From Octopus sinensis (lineage: Eukaryota), in NCBI RefSeq assembly GCF_006345805.1, contig NC_043013.1:13578001-13642000 (forward strand): a DNA stretch of 64,000 bases. Reading direction: 5' to 3'. This document shows positions 28,170-41,395 of this stretch, piece by piece; within the stretch, counting starts at the first letter, position 1, and every line of letters starts with the position of its first letter. The notes beneath the pieces were generated by a model, which had not been told where the DNA came from, searched no databases, and worked only from the letters and a program-made list of their open reading frames with translations. A program made the position numbers and the translations under genes.

Positions 28170-28335
28170 CCGTTGGAGATTTTTTTCCCTCCGTCTTCCC
28201 TTCTTTGGATCTTTCCATTTCCTATGGTTTTGACGAAGAGCTCCGCCCGAAACGTTAAACCCTCCTTCTTTCCTGGGCGTCCAATAATACTCTACATGTT
28301 CCACGTCCTCGCGTTGTTGTGTTTTATGTTTATTT
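28170..28335 (+). mobile_element. PLE pseudo-LTR fragment with minimal hammerhead (28226-28261)
   Basis: GGTTT-TGACGA-A-GAGCTCCGCCC-GAAA-CGTT-AAACC; C3 lost. Confidence 0.75.
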
Positions 28336-28926
28336 CATGTATATATATACATACATACATATATAAATCTTTATATATAGATAGATACATACATACATAC
28401 ATACATACACATATACATACATATATACATACATATACACATACATACATACATACATACATTCATACATAAATATATATATATATGGGGAATTTAGAAA
28501 CTGGTTTTACTGGTTTGACATATAATACGATGATTCTTTCCATCTCTAATAATATGATATATAGAAGCTGTTTTTTCTAATATTATTAAAATGAAAACCA
28601 CATCACTGACTGCAACGATATAACAAAATGGAAGCCTGCAATAAATATATAGAATTTAGTAGCTGGATCTACCAAAAAGAGATAAAATAGAGTTCTACCT
28701 ACTGCAAAAATTGCAGATAGCTCTACCAGTCTGAAGAATAATAGCTTGGTCTACCAGAATAAATGATAGCAACCAGTCGTATCAATGTGAGAAAATATAT
28801 GAAATTATTCATAAACAGAATATACAGCGTTCATTTTAAGCAAATCCTTTGATGAAATTCTCAAGAAATAATCCATCACAATTCAGAATAATTCAAGTAT
28901 ATTTTAAGATTAAAAAAAAAGCTTAC

Positions 28927-28975
28927 TTGTTTGGGTTTCTGACCAGATTCCTCAGCCATTTCTTGAAGTTCTAGT
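28927..28975 (-). CDS. Internal exon B3 (phase 2 to 0): LELQEMAEESGQKPKQ
   Basis: Acceptor tttattgatttcgcAG, donor CAA|GTAAGC; 49 nt (21 shorter than B1); flanks weakly homologous to B1 flanks; LQEMAEES aligns to LESLAEED. Confidence 0.75.
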
Positions 28976-29470
28976 CTGCGAAATCAATAAATGGTAAAAT
29001 TCCAGGTCAGTAAAATGAATTGTCATGATGTGTATAAAGATGAATATTTAAGTCTTTATCCTTTAACTGTGAACGTCGAAGAGAAAAGCTGTGTTATTGC
29101 ATGGAAAGAAATTGAGACAATGGAAAAGAAACTCAGCTTTAAGGAATAATATGGCAGGTGAAAAGTTATGCACAGAAAGAATGATTCAGATGGAGATGAA
29201 GGTTGAGAGATAAATAAAGATCAAAGGAAGCTGAGAAATTAAGAGAGAATTCAGAAAGAGGCAATTCCTCAAAGAGAAGCAAGTCGAAATATACCGAAAA
29301 TGGCAGAAAAGGTGGAGAAATTAAACTTAACAGAAGCAATTGATAAACAATAAGAACAGCAGGAATTATACCTTAGAAATTATTCTATTCTCATACACAC
29401 ACACACAAACACACATACAGACACACACACAAGCACACACACACATACACACACACATACATACACACAC

Positions 29471-29563
<93 letters not shown>

Positions 29564-29639
29564 AAAAGAGGTGTTTCCATGCAGCAAAAAGAAATGGGCA
29601 AATTTGTTGTACCTATATATATATAATTAATTAAAAAAA

Positions 29640-31650
29640 GACGAACTAAAAGGACAAGTAAAACAATATCGCGAGGACTTGACACATGCAAATTGTTAAT
29701 AAGACGCTCACAGAATGAAAGAAAGAAAAAGTGTTTTACGTTTCGAGCAAAGGTCTTTTTCAGAAACAGGAGATGGTGTAAAATTCAAGCGAAAAGGAAG
29801 AAAGGGAAAATAAGGCTTGGATGTGGTGAATTTATGCACTAGCTTCCCACAACATTATGATATAAAAGCAATCCTCTTCTGGCTAGAAAAATACCCAGAA
29901 GAGATCCCAGGACGCATCAACCACAGCTTCATAATCCCAGCACTGAAATTTAACCTCCAGAACAACTACTTCATGTCCGATATTGTTTACTATCAAGAAA
30001 AATGTGGAATTGCAGTGGAACCTCGTGCTGCCCCACTGATTGCGAATTTTGTAATCTAGAAATTAAAATATACCAATTATCACAGCAAAAATATGGTACC
30101 TCAAAGGAATTAGACATACGAGCCTTAAGGGAAGTTAACCGAAATACTACACCAAATTTAAATGTACTCCTATACGTCCCCACATATAACTCCAGAAACA
30201 ATGAGGCATTCAACATCATCATCCAGAATTTACCCATTCGGACTGGGGATAAACAATGAACGAAATTTTGGACTCACACAAAATTATCAAAATTTAACCG
30301 GTGCAAGATTATATCCCTTAACAACGGAACCAAAGGTGGAAAATGGGGGTGGCCTAACTGGGGCACATGCTTCCACCTTTTTGGGGTGGGGTACAGAATT
30401 TCACTTCAAACAAGGTGAAATATTTAAGATAAAGTCACATTTCACTTTGCCTCTGAAAACCAAATCTATGTCATTACTTGCTTAGGTTGCCAAAACTACT
30501 ATATAGGACAAACACGAAGAACAACGCTTCAAAAACAACAAATCAGTTTCCCACAGTATAGACAGATACATGTTAGTGAGCACATAGATAGATGTGATAG
30601 GAGTCTTAAACCAAACTTCCTAATTTTCCCTTTTTCTCAATGCTCCCAGAACACCTCAGTGCAGTAAAGACTAAATAAAGAGGCAACTTTCAGTAATAAA
30701 TATCAACCAAAACTTAACATGAACACACAACTTAATACAGGACACTACTAACCTTACTAATACAAGTAATCCCACTAATCCTCAAACTTCTCATATACCA
30801 TTCATACTCTATTAATCATATTAATCTAATTGCATCACTTTCAGAACAGCTTACCTCCCTTGCATACAGATACAGATACAGGTACTATTAGACCCAACAG
30901 CGTTTGGAAATTGGTGTTGATTCAAAGTTAGTGAACAGCGATGTCGAAACCGGTATGACTTTCTATAATGACTCATGGTAAGGATTTTTATACTTCTTAA
31001 TTTTCCCTCAAATCATTTAATTGTATATATATGTATCTTTGTTCTAAGAAAAAGAACCATTACTTTTATGCCTAGTGTGCATTTTCTTTGTTTCTTTTTA
31101 CTTTTTCCTTATATATATATTATTATTATTATTATTATCATCATTATTACTATTTTACCTGCTCTTCTCCCACTGTTCTATCCTATTACTCTGTTATTCT
31201 CTCCTTCACTCTTCCTTGCTCACATGGCTCCCGCGTGACCATTGGACATCTTTCTTATTTTCTCTCCGTTGTAGCTGGAACAAGGAAGACCTGTTCTTGC
31301 TTGTATCATGTCCTAGCTTAATTTACGCGTTCGTCACCACAACCTCGTTTAGGCCTAACAGCCCTTCCTGTTTCTTTTCACTGTCCTGGTTGTGTTACCT
31401 ATTTTGATCCTCCGCAAAATCCCAAATTCTACTTAATTTGCTTTGCGGGAGCAACTGTTTTATCGAATGCGTATATTGTTGTTAAATGCTCGAAATACGA
31501 GAATAGAGAAACAACCAGCAACTGATGACCAGTCGTTCTTCATGTTTGTTTTGTTTTCCATTTGTGTCTTTCGTTGTTCGAAAAAAATAGTTCGTGTTCC
31601 ATGTACACGTGCTTCGTATTTTTGTACACATTTTATGACGTCCTCTGCCC
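29640..31650 (+). mobile_element. Penelope-like element: inverted pLTR, RT and GIY-YIG remnants, 3' region
   Basis: DVVNLCTSFP...QNNYF...YYQEKCGIAV..AAPLIANF; QIYVITCLGCQNYYIGQT...YQPKLN; hammerhead motifs at 29733-29767 (-) and 30924-30962 (+). Confidence 0.9.
30924..30962 (+). ncRNA. Minimal type I hammerhead-like motif, G3:C8 variant
   Basis: AAAGTTA-GTGAACA-GCGATGTC-GAAA-CCGG-TA-TGACTTT. Confidence 0.6.
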
Positions 31651-31686
31651 AGATATGCATATATACATGCATACATACATACATAA

Positions 31687-31736
<50 letters not shown>

Positions 31737-31805
31737 GTATAAATGTAAGTATGTACATATGCGTATGTATATAGGCATATATTATCTATAATATATACAT
31801 ATATA

Positions 31806-31858
<53 letters not shown>

Positions 31859-32059
31859 GTGTGTGCGTGTGTAAATGATCGAAATGTCATACTCACTCCT
31901 TTCAGTGGGCGTCAAGCTATAATACATTTTTGTGTACGTTGTCCCGTTTGTTTTCATTTTTCGTTTTTTAACTTACTATTTTGCGCGCGCGCGCACAGCC
32001 ATATATAGAAATAAACAACAGCTAAAAACGTATATGTATAAGTCACAGAGACTCGCTAA

Positions 32060-33600
32060 TTCTTCATCAGTTTTTCGCTAATACTTTATCAGTTTTCTAA
32101 GCCAAATTCCATGTGTATTTCTTTGGCAAAGGCATGTACGCTCTCTTGTACTGTTTCCAGCTGTTTATCATTTGTAGCGTATAGTTTTAGATCATCCTTA
32201 TACAAGAGTTGGTCGATTGTTTTCCCGTAAAAGTTGTCTCCATATCTAATTCTAGTTAGCACGTCAGATAAAGGTGTCAGTGCCAAGCAGAAAGAGTGGA
32301 AAGATCGTGTCTCCCTGGAATATTACTGTTCTAACGGGGAGGGCTCTCTTTCGATTATTGTCAATACTTTGGTCATAGAATATTATCAAAAGCTTTTCGA
32401 TAATCGATTCCAGTCATACTTGGACCATTCTTCTCTTGTCGGCTGTCTTCAGTTATGGCTTTATTGACAGGTATCTGATGCTTTTGCAGCACCCCTTCTT
32501 CTGTTTCAGAAATAGGTTGTTATCTTCCAGATGTTTGCCCATTCTCTGCAGTAAAGGTTTTGTAAATTGTAGCGAGACAAGTTATCGGTTTGTAATTTTG
32601 TGTGTTTCCCGTTTCAGTGGACTTGGTAATCAGGAAATGTTTCCCTTCCATGGGCCCTTCAAATATTGTCTCAGGCTCTTTTAGTATTTCATCAAATTTC
32701 CTGGGCATCGTTTTCTGTATTCCTGTTTGATATTTCAACCAGAAATTGGAGACCGCGTAGTGCATGGTTGCCGACCTCTTCAGTTGTTATAGGAGTCCAG
32801 ATTTGTAGAGGAGCTGTTTTTGTTACTTTGAAAGACCTTTTCCTAGGTTGTTCTTAGGTTGTTATTTCCATTGATCTCTATTTTATTTTTGCCAAGTTCT
32901 AAGTAGAATCTTTTGAGATTGGAGTAGAACTGTTTGTTTTGTTCAAAGAAACGTTGGCGTATCTCATACTGGCGGATTTTTTGGACTTTGGCGAGGATAT
33001 CTTGTTTTAGCTGTTCTTTTATCCCAGGTATACTTTGTTCTAGAATTTTCTATTTCCATAGTATTTTACTTCTGTTCTTGTTGCTTAGTAGTGTTGATTG
33101 TCTACTAATTTCCTTAAGGACTGACTGATCCTTTCTTTTATTTTATATCTTTTTCTAGATATTCTTTATCCACAGGATTTTTTTTAGGTGGTAATTCTCC
33201 TGTTTGGATGGGTTTGAGAGGGTATCCGGCTTTGATATATTATAGCATTTAACCTGATTATACTGAAGTTTGTTTCTGTGGGTATTAGTTCTGTGACGGC
33301 CAGTTTCCTGTTATTTATTATCAATGTGGCTTTAATATCAATCTTAATTTTGGGGAGCTACAGTCAGTTATCCATACTGAGATCTGAGCCTTTCAATTCT
33401 TTGATTATATTCATTTTTAGAGTATCATAATCATTAGTTTCACCTTCACTCTTTTAAGGTTTTAGATTTGTTTCGCTTTCCTTCCTGTTCATATTTTTTG
33501 TTTGTGGTGTTCTGATTTCGTGCATATAGCTCATCATTATACATTCATACGGCCTGGGTTTGTTGCCTTTCGTTGTTTTCTTCCTTTTCGTTACGTTTGA
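32060..33600 (-). mobile_element. R4/Dong-clade non-LTR fragment
   Basis: NYKPITCLATIYKTFT, EQKKGCCKSI, IFQGDTIF, LLYKDDLKLYA, IHMEFGLEN. Confidence 0.85.
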
Positions 33601-34109
33601 CTTCGTATCTTACACTCCCAGTGCTTATGATATTACTTGACATTGCTGTGTGATCACTATCTACGATTTCCTAACGTACACTAAATCGCAAAAGAAACGC
33701 AATCTTTTTCAAATGTCATTTTATATTCTAAATATATTTCAGTGATGTAAGAGTAAATATTCCAAAACATACTGATTTATGGCTGAGACCCAAATTACAG
33801 GCAGTCTTTAGACTTTCCTGAAACGGGACGCCAAAATGCAGCTGCGTTGAATGTCGTGGGTAGCAGTCGCAAACTATTGAAAAGAAAACCGAAATGCACG
33901 TGCATCTCGTGGAGGTTATGGCTATAAAAATGAACTTGAACAGCATTCCTGCCATTCCAAATTTCTTCGCCTTTGGAGTAGTTCATTTCGTACGCGAGTG
34001 TTGCATTGTTGGATTATTATTGTTGGAACTCCTTCGTGCTTTTTTTTTTGTTAACGCCACATTTGTTTATGTTCTGCGTTTCGCAGGCTTTTTTCAACAT
34101 TATTCATAT

Positions 34110-35745
34110 CTATTATATCAACGTCAATGTCTTTATGTGTGTTCGCGTGTTACTTATATATTCAAAAACCGTTGCACCGATCATAATGAAATTTGGAACA
34201 CAAAATCCAAGCCTAGAGAGAAGAGTAATGCTGAGTGTTTCATACAATTTCATGGACCAAAATTACTGAATGGATCCTTATGATATTTGAAACTTAGATT
34301 CAATGCATAAGGGCGGGTATAATGCAATGTGTGGTTTGAATTTCAGATGGCTTAAAGGGGGCAGAACCCCCCATGAAAATTCATAAATTTTCGATGTTGA
34401 TGAAATTTCAACCATGAGTAATTGACACACATCAAGAAGTATTCTCAAAGATTCCACTTCATATGAGGATTCTAAGACACCATATTGAGGGCCTTAACTC
34501 CCAAATTTTAGTCATTTCTTTTATGATCCAAAATTAGGTCAAAAGTACTGAATGGATCTTTACGAAATTTGGGAATTATATTCTATGCATAAGGTCATAA
34601 CCCCATGACAATTCATATATTTTTGCTGCTGATGAAATTTTAACCACAGATATTAAATACAAATGAAGTAATATTTATAAAATTTCATCTTCTTGCAAGT
34701 TAGAAAGACCCATTAATGGGGACTTAATACCCACAATTTAGTCATTTTATCTAAGCAAAGACGAATACAGTTGTACTCTTGGAAGCTGTAGGGTCACCCG
34801 AGCATAGAAGATGAGCATTATTTGTAATTCAATGATACAACAGTGTAAGAGTTTGCTTTGGCATACACTTAGATTGTGATTTCTGCAATGTGGTGCATAA
34901 ATTGTCAAGAAAATGGGAGGCATCTTTGCTTCCGCTGATTCAGTTGCAAAGTGTTGAGTAAAGTTATTTGATTGCAGACCTCCTTTCAGTCTTTTTAGTA
35001 TCACTGAGTCACACATAGTCCCCAGATAGTAACATTGATTTCAAGGCCTTCCCAGATGAGTGACTGGTTATTCAAAGACATTTATAGATTGTAAATTTAT
35101 TCTATCCAGTTACGTATCAGTACAGTGGTCATTTGCAAACTCCAACTTTCATTTCTCCTTAGCCCTCACGTCACACAGTTGTTAATGTTTATTTCAGTTG
35201 GGTCACGCCCTTTCAATTACTATAGATTCGTAATGCATCTTACGGCTGTAATTCTACATTGGGAGTGGTAACGACTGGAGTAGGGTAGCTGACTGCTTAT
35301 TGTGATGATTCGTCTTTTGGTTTCCTGTAGCTTTGCTCTATTTTACAAACCCAGTGAACATATATTTCCTATTTCAAAGAAATTCAAGCAATAGATATAA
35401 GACCCAAGTTAAAAAGATTCTCAACAATTCAACTTCTCTGCTTGACATTAAGACATCCCCCACCAATAGGGGCCTTAACTCTCACATTTTAGAGTGCTCC
35501 AGGACCTCCATTTTTCAGGAGCAAAATCCTTTTAACAGGTTCTATAAGACAAGAATTTTGGAATATGCGCATAAAAATCATTAGTATGGGATACATGTGT
35601 TACGATTACAATTTTGTTAGGTTGTGTAAAGAGGGAAATAACCCTCATCTGCAATTTTGATGAAATTCGAAACATTACAGAAAATATAACAGAAAAGTCT
35701 AATTCTTCAATTACATGTAACACGGGCAACGTGTATATACACACA
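34110..35745 (+). mobile_element. Degenerate non-autonomous Helitron-like element
   Basis: AAAACCGTTGCACCGATCATAATGAAATTTGG 5' motif, internal direct repeats (34255 / 34538), CACGGGCAACG end remnant. Confidence 0.5.
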
Positions 35746-36023
35746 AAGATAAATTGATAGATACAACTGAGTGCGCAAACAAAAATATGAGACAGCCTAG
35801 TGCTTTTTTATGTTGATAAGCCTGGTACTTATTCTATTAGTTTCTTCTTGTGAAACCAGTAAGTTATGGGGATGTAAATAAACGGACAGCAGTTGTGAAG
35901 CAGTGATGAGGGCGAAACACAGAAACAAAGTCACACACATACACTTACATATGTACATACATATATAAACGATTGATTTCTGTAAGTTTCTGTCTACGAA
36001 ATCCATATATATATATATATATA

Positions 36024-37358
36024 GGGAGAGTTTTCGAAAAAAAACAAAGGACGAAGAGAGGTGGTGTACAAAACAAACAGATGTATTAGTATAACGCTCA
36101 GGAATAGAAAAAGTCTTTTACGTTTCGAGCCTACGTTTCGGATCGATGCTTCACAATAATTACCAACACCATCTTCATCTTGAGTGCCTTGTGATGAGAC
36201 TTCATCTTGACTATCTGATACAGTTAAATTCTGCAACATTTTAAAAGACTTGGACAGAATATCACGCTTACTATGGAGACCAGAGAATCTCATTTCATCA
36301 TCTTCAGAGTTGTGACGCAGTAGTGGGTTCTTCTGTTTCTTACGAGACACTGTAGGTGTAGTAGCTTCTTCTTCATCAGCAGGTTTCTCGGTATCAGTCA
36401 TCCATTGCAATACTTTGAAGGACAGTGGCTGCTTTGATGGATTGCTGCCAGTTAATTTTGTATCGGCAGCTTCCTCAGCACGTCGGGCCTCCTCAGCACG
36501 CTTTGCTGATTCATTTTCTGACTTCAGATTCACGATAATTTATCTTTGGTTTGTCAGGTAACCTGCAGGGATCATATTTCGGCCCACCAGAAATCTTCAT
36601 GTTGTCACCACCAGCAGCAGTAATAAGGCCTCCAGACTGACAAGCTAATTCCTCAGTAGCGGCTTCAGCAGAATACAATCCTAGAGGAGAATTGTACTGG
36701 CCATGAACGAAAGTTCCAGAACCAGCCCCAGGTGTTATAGGGGTAACGGGACTATGAGGTTGCCTAGCATAAGTTGGTGAAATAGGGCTTGCATTGCTAC
36801 TGTGAGGTGAAGGGTAAGACTGCTAATGCTGCTGCTGTGGTTGGGCATAATACTGAGGCTGTGGTGGTGTGTAGGTTGGTACTTGGTGGGCAGCTGCTTC
36901 CTTCTTTGCAGCCTGCACATCTACCTTCGGTCCTTTCCGGGCAGATTGATTGTAATGCTGTCTGATAGTTCTTGGTATTTTGGGTCCCTTAGTAGAATCC
37001 CGAAAAATAGGTCGTGGTAAAGGTGGCAAAGTAACAAAAGGGTGAGCCTCATTTCTCATCATAGTTTAGCGATTTGTATATTCCTTTTTTTTTAAAAAAA
37101 AAAGATATATGAAGTGTGTTGCAATAAGATAAATTAATGCGTTTTGTCGAGAAATAGTGATACGAATCTAAAGCCGTCCGAATGAAATATCACTGCGAGA
37201 AAGAGAAGCGCAATTTTGGACTGATGTCACTGAGGAGAGAAACACAATTTTGATTAACTGACGCTCTTCAAAAACTCTTTCTCTTAATTTTTATACAGAA
37301 AGGGACACAGAAAAAAACAAGGAGAGAAAAATGTGTGTAGTGGCTAACGATCTATCAT
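36024..37358 (-). mobile_element. PLE pseudo-LTR split by an insertion (36024-36135 and 37261-37358)
   Basis: Same family as the intact copy at 12495-12730, broken at GAGCCTACG|CTCTTCAA. Confidence 0.85.
36136..37260 (-). pseudogene. Intronless pseudogene fragment of a ZM-motif (Zasp/PDLIM-like) protein
   Basis: ATG at 37062; FVHGQYNSPLGLYSAE (ZM motif), YRESEVRK, QPLSFKVLQWMTD, SKSFKMLQ; in-frame TAG at 36823-36825, frameshift at ~36512, 3'-truncated. Confidence 0.9.
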
Positions 37359-38375
37359 ATATTAATTTTTTGCGTAATAAGGTAAAAAAACCAAGGCTGC
37401 ATAGATATTAGAGAATTTATAGATAGAAGGTCTTACAGCTGTTTCTAGGATATTAATTAATAATACCCTTCGGATAGCATAATACCACGCTTAAAAACAG
37501 AATAAGATCTGGGATTGATTCATTCGACTAAAACTTTCTCAAGTCGGTGCCCCAGTAAGATCACAGTCTTATGACTGAAATAAGTCAAAGGCAGGAGATA
37601 AAAGATATATCATATCAAGATTTCTCAAAAAATGCATCTTGAAATTCCATTTATTATGGTGGCCATTAAATGTGCATTAAATGTGCATACAAATAGAAAA
37701 GATGTTGCAATTATTATATAGCATAACAGATTGGAGAGTAGTTTTAACTGTTTTATGGAAAGACCTAAGTTCTTTCACTTACATGGAGGTACTACATTAT
37801 GTGTATATTTATGAAAATTAGGCTTCATATAAATTTATTAAGAATTGGTAGATTTTATAACAGAAATGTAGGCATTCTTGCATCGTTCTGTCACAATAAA
37901 ATACGTCAAATGTCATTGAAATGACGTAATATTAAATAGCATTGTAGGTAGAAATTCACTGCCAATTAATAAAATCCGTATATAATTCTTTCACTTGGTG
38001 TAGAGACTTCGTAAAACATTAATCTTATTTTGGTTATTAATGTTCTAAATTTTTCTAGGGTGACTAAGTTACCTGAACTTACAGACTGCTGTACTAAATA
38101 CTTGCCAGATATAATTTCTTTACTGTCGTTTCTCTTTCATTTTACCATCATGGAAAATACTCAATAACATCGCTTTCCTTTTATATAAATTCCAGTAATA
38201 TGGTAGGGTAAATATAGTTTATTCTTTCTTTTATTATTGTTGAAATTGTTCAAATACTAAAGGATAAAAGCAATACTTAAAATTCTCTAAGGATCAGATA
38301 TGAAGAGATTTAGAGGTTTAGTGGTGTCTTTAAATATGATGAGTAAATGTAATATGGAAATGTTTGTCTACTTAC

Positions 38376-38428
38376 CCATTGGCAGAAGATGCCATTGCCA
38401 CCGGCCTTCGTCTTCCACCTCTTCCAAT
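38376..38428 (-). CDS. Internal exon A3 (phase 0 to 2): IGRGGRRRPVAMASSAN(G)
   Basis: Acceptor tattattctctAG, donor GG|GTAAGT; position homologous to A1/A2; 53 nt open. Confidence 0.8.
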
Positions 38429-38858
38429 CTAGAGAATAATACAAACATGGTTAATTGCAGAAAACGTTTTGGAGTTAGAATGATTAGCTGTTAGTAGCAA
38501 GGTTTAAACAATATGCTTATATGAAGGAGGAGGTATATAAGTAACAGTAGTGTGCAAAAGACAAAGAATAACCACATCTAAAAATCCAACTACACACAGA
38601 TATAGACTCAGAAAATATAATGGGAAAAGATATTTTTATTTTCAGTTTAGTTGTAGAAATCTGAACATAGCTATTATTGCTTTCAAATAAAGATATGAAA
38701 TAGTGTTTATAATTATTTTACTTTTATAAGGTTCAGTTTTCATGATATCAGTGAAAATCCCTTAACATATTATTTTAGGCATAATTTAGAAATGTTTAGG
38801 AAAATAAAATCATCAAATGTAATATGAAACACAGTTTATATAAGTATAGATGGATTAT

Positions 38859-39164
38859 TATTTACATTATTTACATTAGTCGGATATGTGTCCTCGTGTT
38901 GTTTATTGTTGCCACAACGTTTCGGCTTATTTACTGTCCAGCCTTCATCAGGTGTTCTAGTGGAATTTTAGACCCAACCTTAAGTTCTCATTCTTAAGGT
39001 ATTTGTTGGTGATGTTACTAAAATTCCACCAGGACACCTGATGAAGGCTGAGAAATAAATCAGCCGAAACGTTTTGATAACAACAAACAAGCTGAGGACA
39101 CATAACCGTCTAATGTAAATAATGTAAATAATGTACAGAATTCTTCGTCTCTGAAAGAGAGAAC
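38859..39164. mobile_element. Fold-back mini-element with two inverted hammerheads and a 16-bp TSD
   Basis: CTGATGA-A-GGCTG..CAGCC-GAAACGTT at 39034-39077 (+) and 38911-38956 (-); AGTATARATGGATTAT at 38843 and 39165; absent from the paralogous intron. Confidence 0.88.
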
Positions 39165-39214
39165 AGTATAAATGGATTATAAAGATCACATCCGGAAATC
39201 ATCAAAAAGCTCCA

Positions 39215-39640
39215 AACAGGCAAAATAGAAGTGATAGTTATTGATAGAAAACAGCATGGAGATGGCTGAATATGATATAGAAGAGTAAGAGAGAAGACAC
39301 TTTGCAGATTGTGAAATAATACAATGAAAGAAGAAAATAGGAGCAACAACTGTTTAAAAGAGTTAGATGGTAAGCATTTCAGACGAAGGCAGGATGTTGC
39401 AGCAGATAAATCGTGATTATGGTTGAATAATGGAGAGCTCAAAGAACAAATAGAAGGCCTCATTGTGGTTGCTCAAATCCAGTCTTTACAAACGAATGTC
39501 ATTAAAGCAAGAATAGACAGAACCATGGAAAGTGTTTAGTACAGAATGTGTAACGAAAATGGCGAGTCAATTCTGCAGATAATAAGTACTGGAGTTCCTT
39601 TTTCACAGAAAGAGTATAAATGCAGGCACGATTACTTCAA
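39215..39640 (+). mobile_element. R4/Dong C-terminal fragment
   Basis: WLNNGELKEQIEGLIVVAQIQSLQTN...YRMCNENGESILQII...EYKCRHD. Confidence 0.8.
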
Positions 39641-41362
39641 AGAGGCTTTGGATTCAGGGGATATCGGCTTTTTACAGAACTTCGCATTCCAGGCCAAGAG
39701 CCATGGCACACCATCGATGTAGGCAGTAAAGCTCATCTCCATCCATCGTCCACCCCAAATAGTTAAGCGAAGTGTCACATCTGCTGTAGTAGAGCGTCAC
39801 GCACCCTTCCAAATTCGCCAAAGGTCGATTTGTGGCCTTGTTGCTGCATTGAGCATCTTCCACCCTTATTCCTTCGATCGCATACTCTAGCTCTTAAAAT
39901 TCAACCTTCGTGCTTAGTGTAGAAGAATAGATCAAGGGCCAGATGTGCTGCCAGAATGTGAGACATGCATTCAAGATGGCGTTGCAATTACACACTAGCA
40001 CTAAAGATCGGGACGTTCCTAGGAAACCCTCGAAAGGCCTGAAGAAATCCTGCTTCCTTTCCACAGTGAAGAACACACAGTTATCAGTCTAAAGGCACCA
40101 CCTTCGCTACTGTTCACATCTACAACCAATAACATAGAGTCCAGGAAGACAAAACGCATATCGAGAATCATGTCTGCCCAGGTCCACGAAAATTGAATGG
40201 ATCTCTAGTCCCAGGTTTTCCCGAAATAATCCTGTCACTTCGCCACCCCACCACCCATTCCAGATTTAATAAGAAATGTGAAGATATTGAATCTGCTACA
40301 AACGGGTGCAAATTTGCGTGTATTCGAATTCCTAGTCTCGCTGATGATTATTACATCCAAACCTAGTAATTTGCGCTCATTAAGCAGGCAATCCCGTAAA
40401 ATAATATTAAGCATTCATAAAGATTGCTACACAAATTTAATTACAACACTGGACGTCAATAATGTGTTTGTGAATGTTTTCCATTCGGTCAGCCATTCAT
40501 TTTGTTTGCAGGTTAACATTGTGTGCATGTTTTCCCTTTACAATAATTCATTATAAATTAATAAATATACTCTAAATTCATTATAAATTAATAAAAACAC
40601 TCTAAATAAACTGAAGAAAAAAGACCAAATAGTGGAAACTCATTATTGCTTCTCTCTTAAATGAATTCATAAAACCTTTTCACATATTTAAAAAGCAAGA
40701 GAATTTCTAGTTCCAAGATACAAAGTTTGAGCAACATAGGAAAGTTGATGCTGATTTAAATATATACTGCATCTGATTTATGAAATTTATAAAGAAAATA
40801 AGAAGACTGGTTGCGAAACCTAGGAATGCTTGATGCATTTTTAAAGTAATGAGATACACCTTCTACTCATGTGAACTAAGTACAAGTTGCAAAGCCACAT
40901 CAAGTGATGAATCCAAATGAACAGCAAATGAAAATTGAGGGATAAAATAGAAAAAACTAGAGACATTTTCTTATTTATCATTTTAAATGATGTATTTAAC
41001 CAAATGATCGTTTATTCGGAAACTGCTTGCTTTTTATCAAAACCTTCCAAAAACTGCTTGCTTCAAATCTCATCACTGACGATATAATCATTCGAATTAT
41101 TAAGTTGAGATCTTTCTGTATGTAAAATGAAGTTATTTAAGCGGCTGATTTCGTAGATGAAATAAATTAATACATAAAAGGGGAGAGAGGGAGAGAGAGA
41201 GAAAAAAAAAGGCAAGCAAAGAATGGGTCAGATATAATTAAAACTGAACAATTAGTAGAAGTCTGTCAGCATGAAATATCCTGAAAGTAGACCTTTTGCA
41301 AAATCTAAAACGTCTGAATGATATGGCTACATATGCTGCCACATTCTTATGAAAGTATTGTA

Positions 41363-41395
<33 letters not shown>

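Larger units (their letters stand above)
37600..39215. repeat. Older diverged duplication unit (intron homology to ~6070-6715, weaker to ~2130-2760)
   Basis: Shared GGAAATGTYTGTCTACTTAC, GAAGGAGGAGGTATATAAGTAACAGTAGT and AAAGAATAACCACATCTAAAA. Confidence 0.85.

Noticed and set aside
33640-35330. Captured host gene inside the Helitron-like region
   Set aside because: Several stops in all frames and no recognisable domain.
35994-36533. 179-aa ORF as a functional gene
   Set aside because: Non-ATG start inside a frameshifted pseudogene, and its C-terminus reads into pLTR and microsatellite sequence.
38072-38125. Third copy of exon C
   Set aside because: The donor CAG|GTAAC is present but there is no acceptor with a pyrimidine tract in the required phase.
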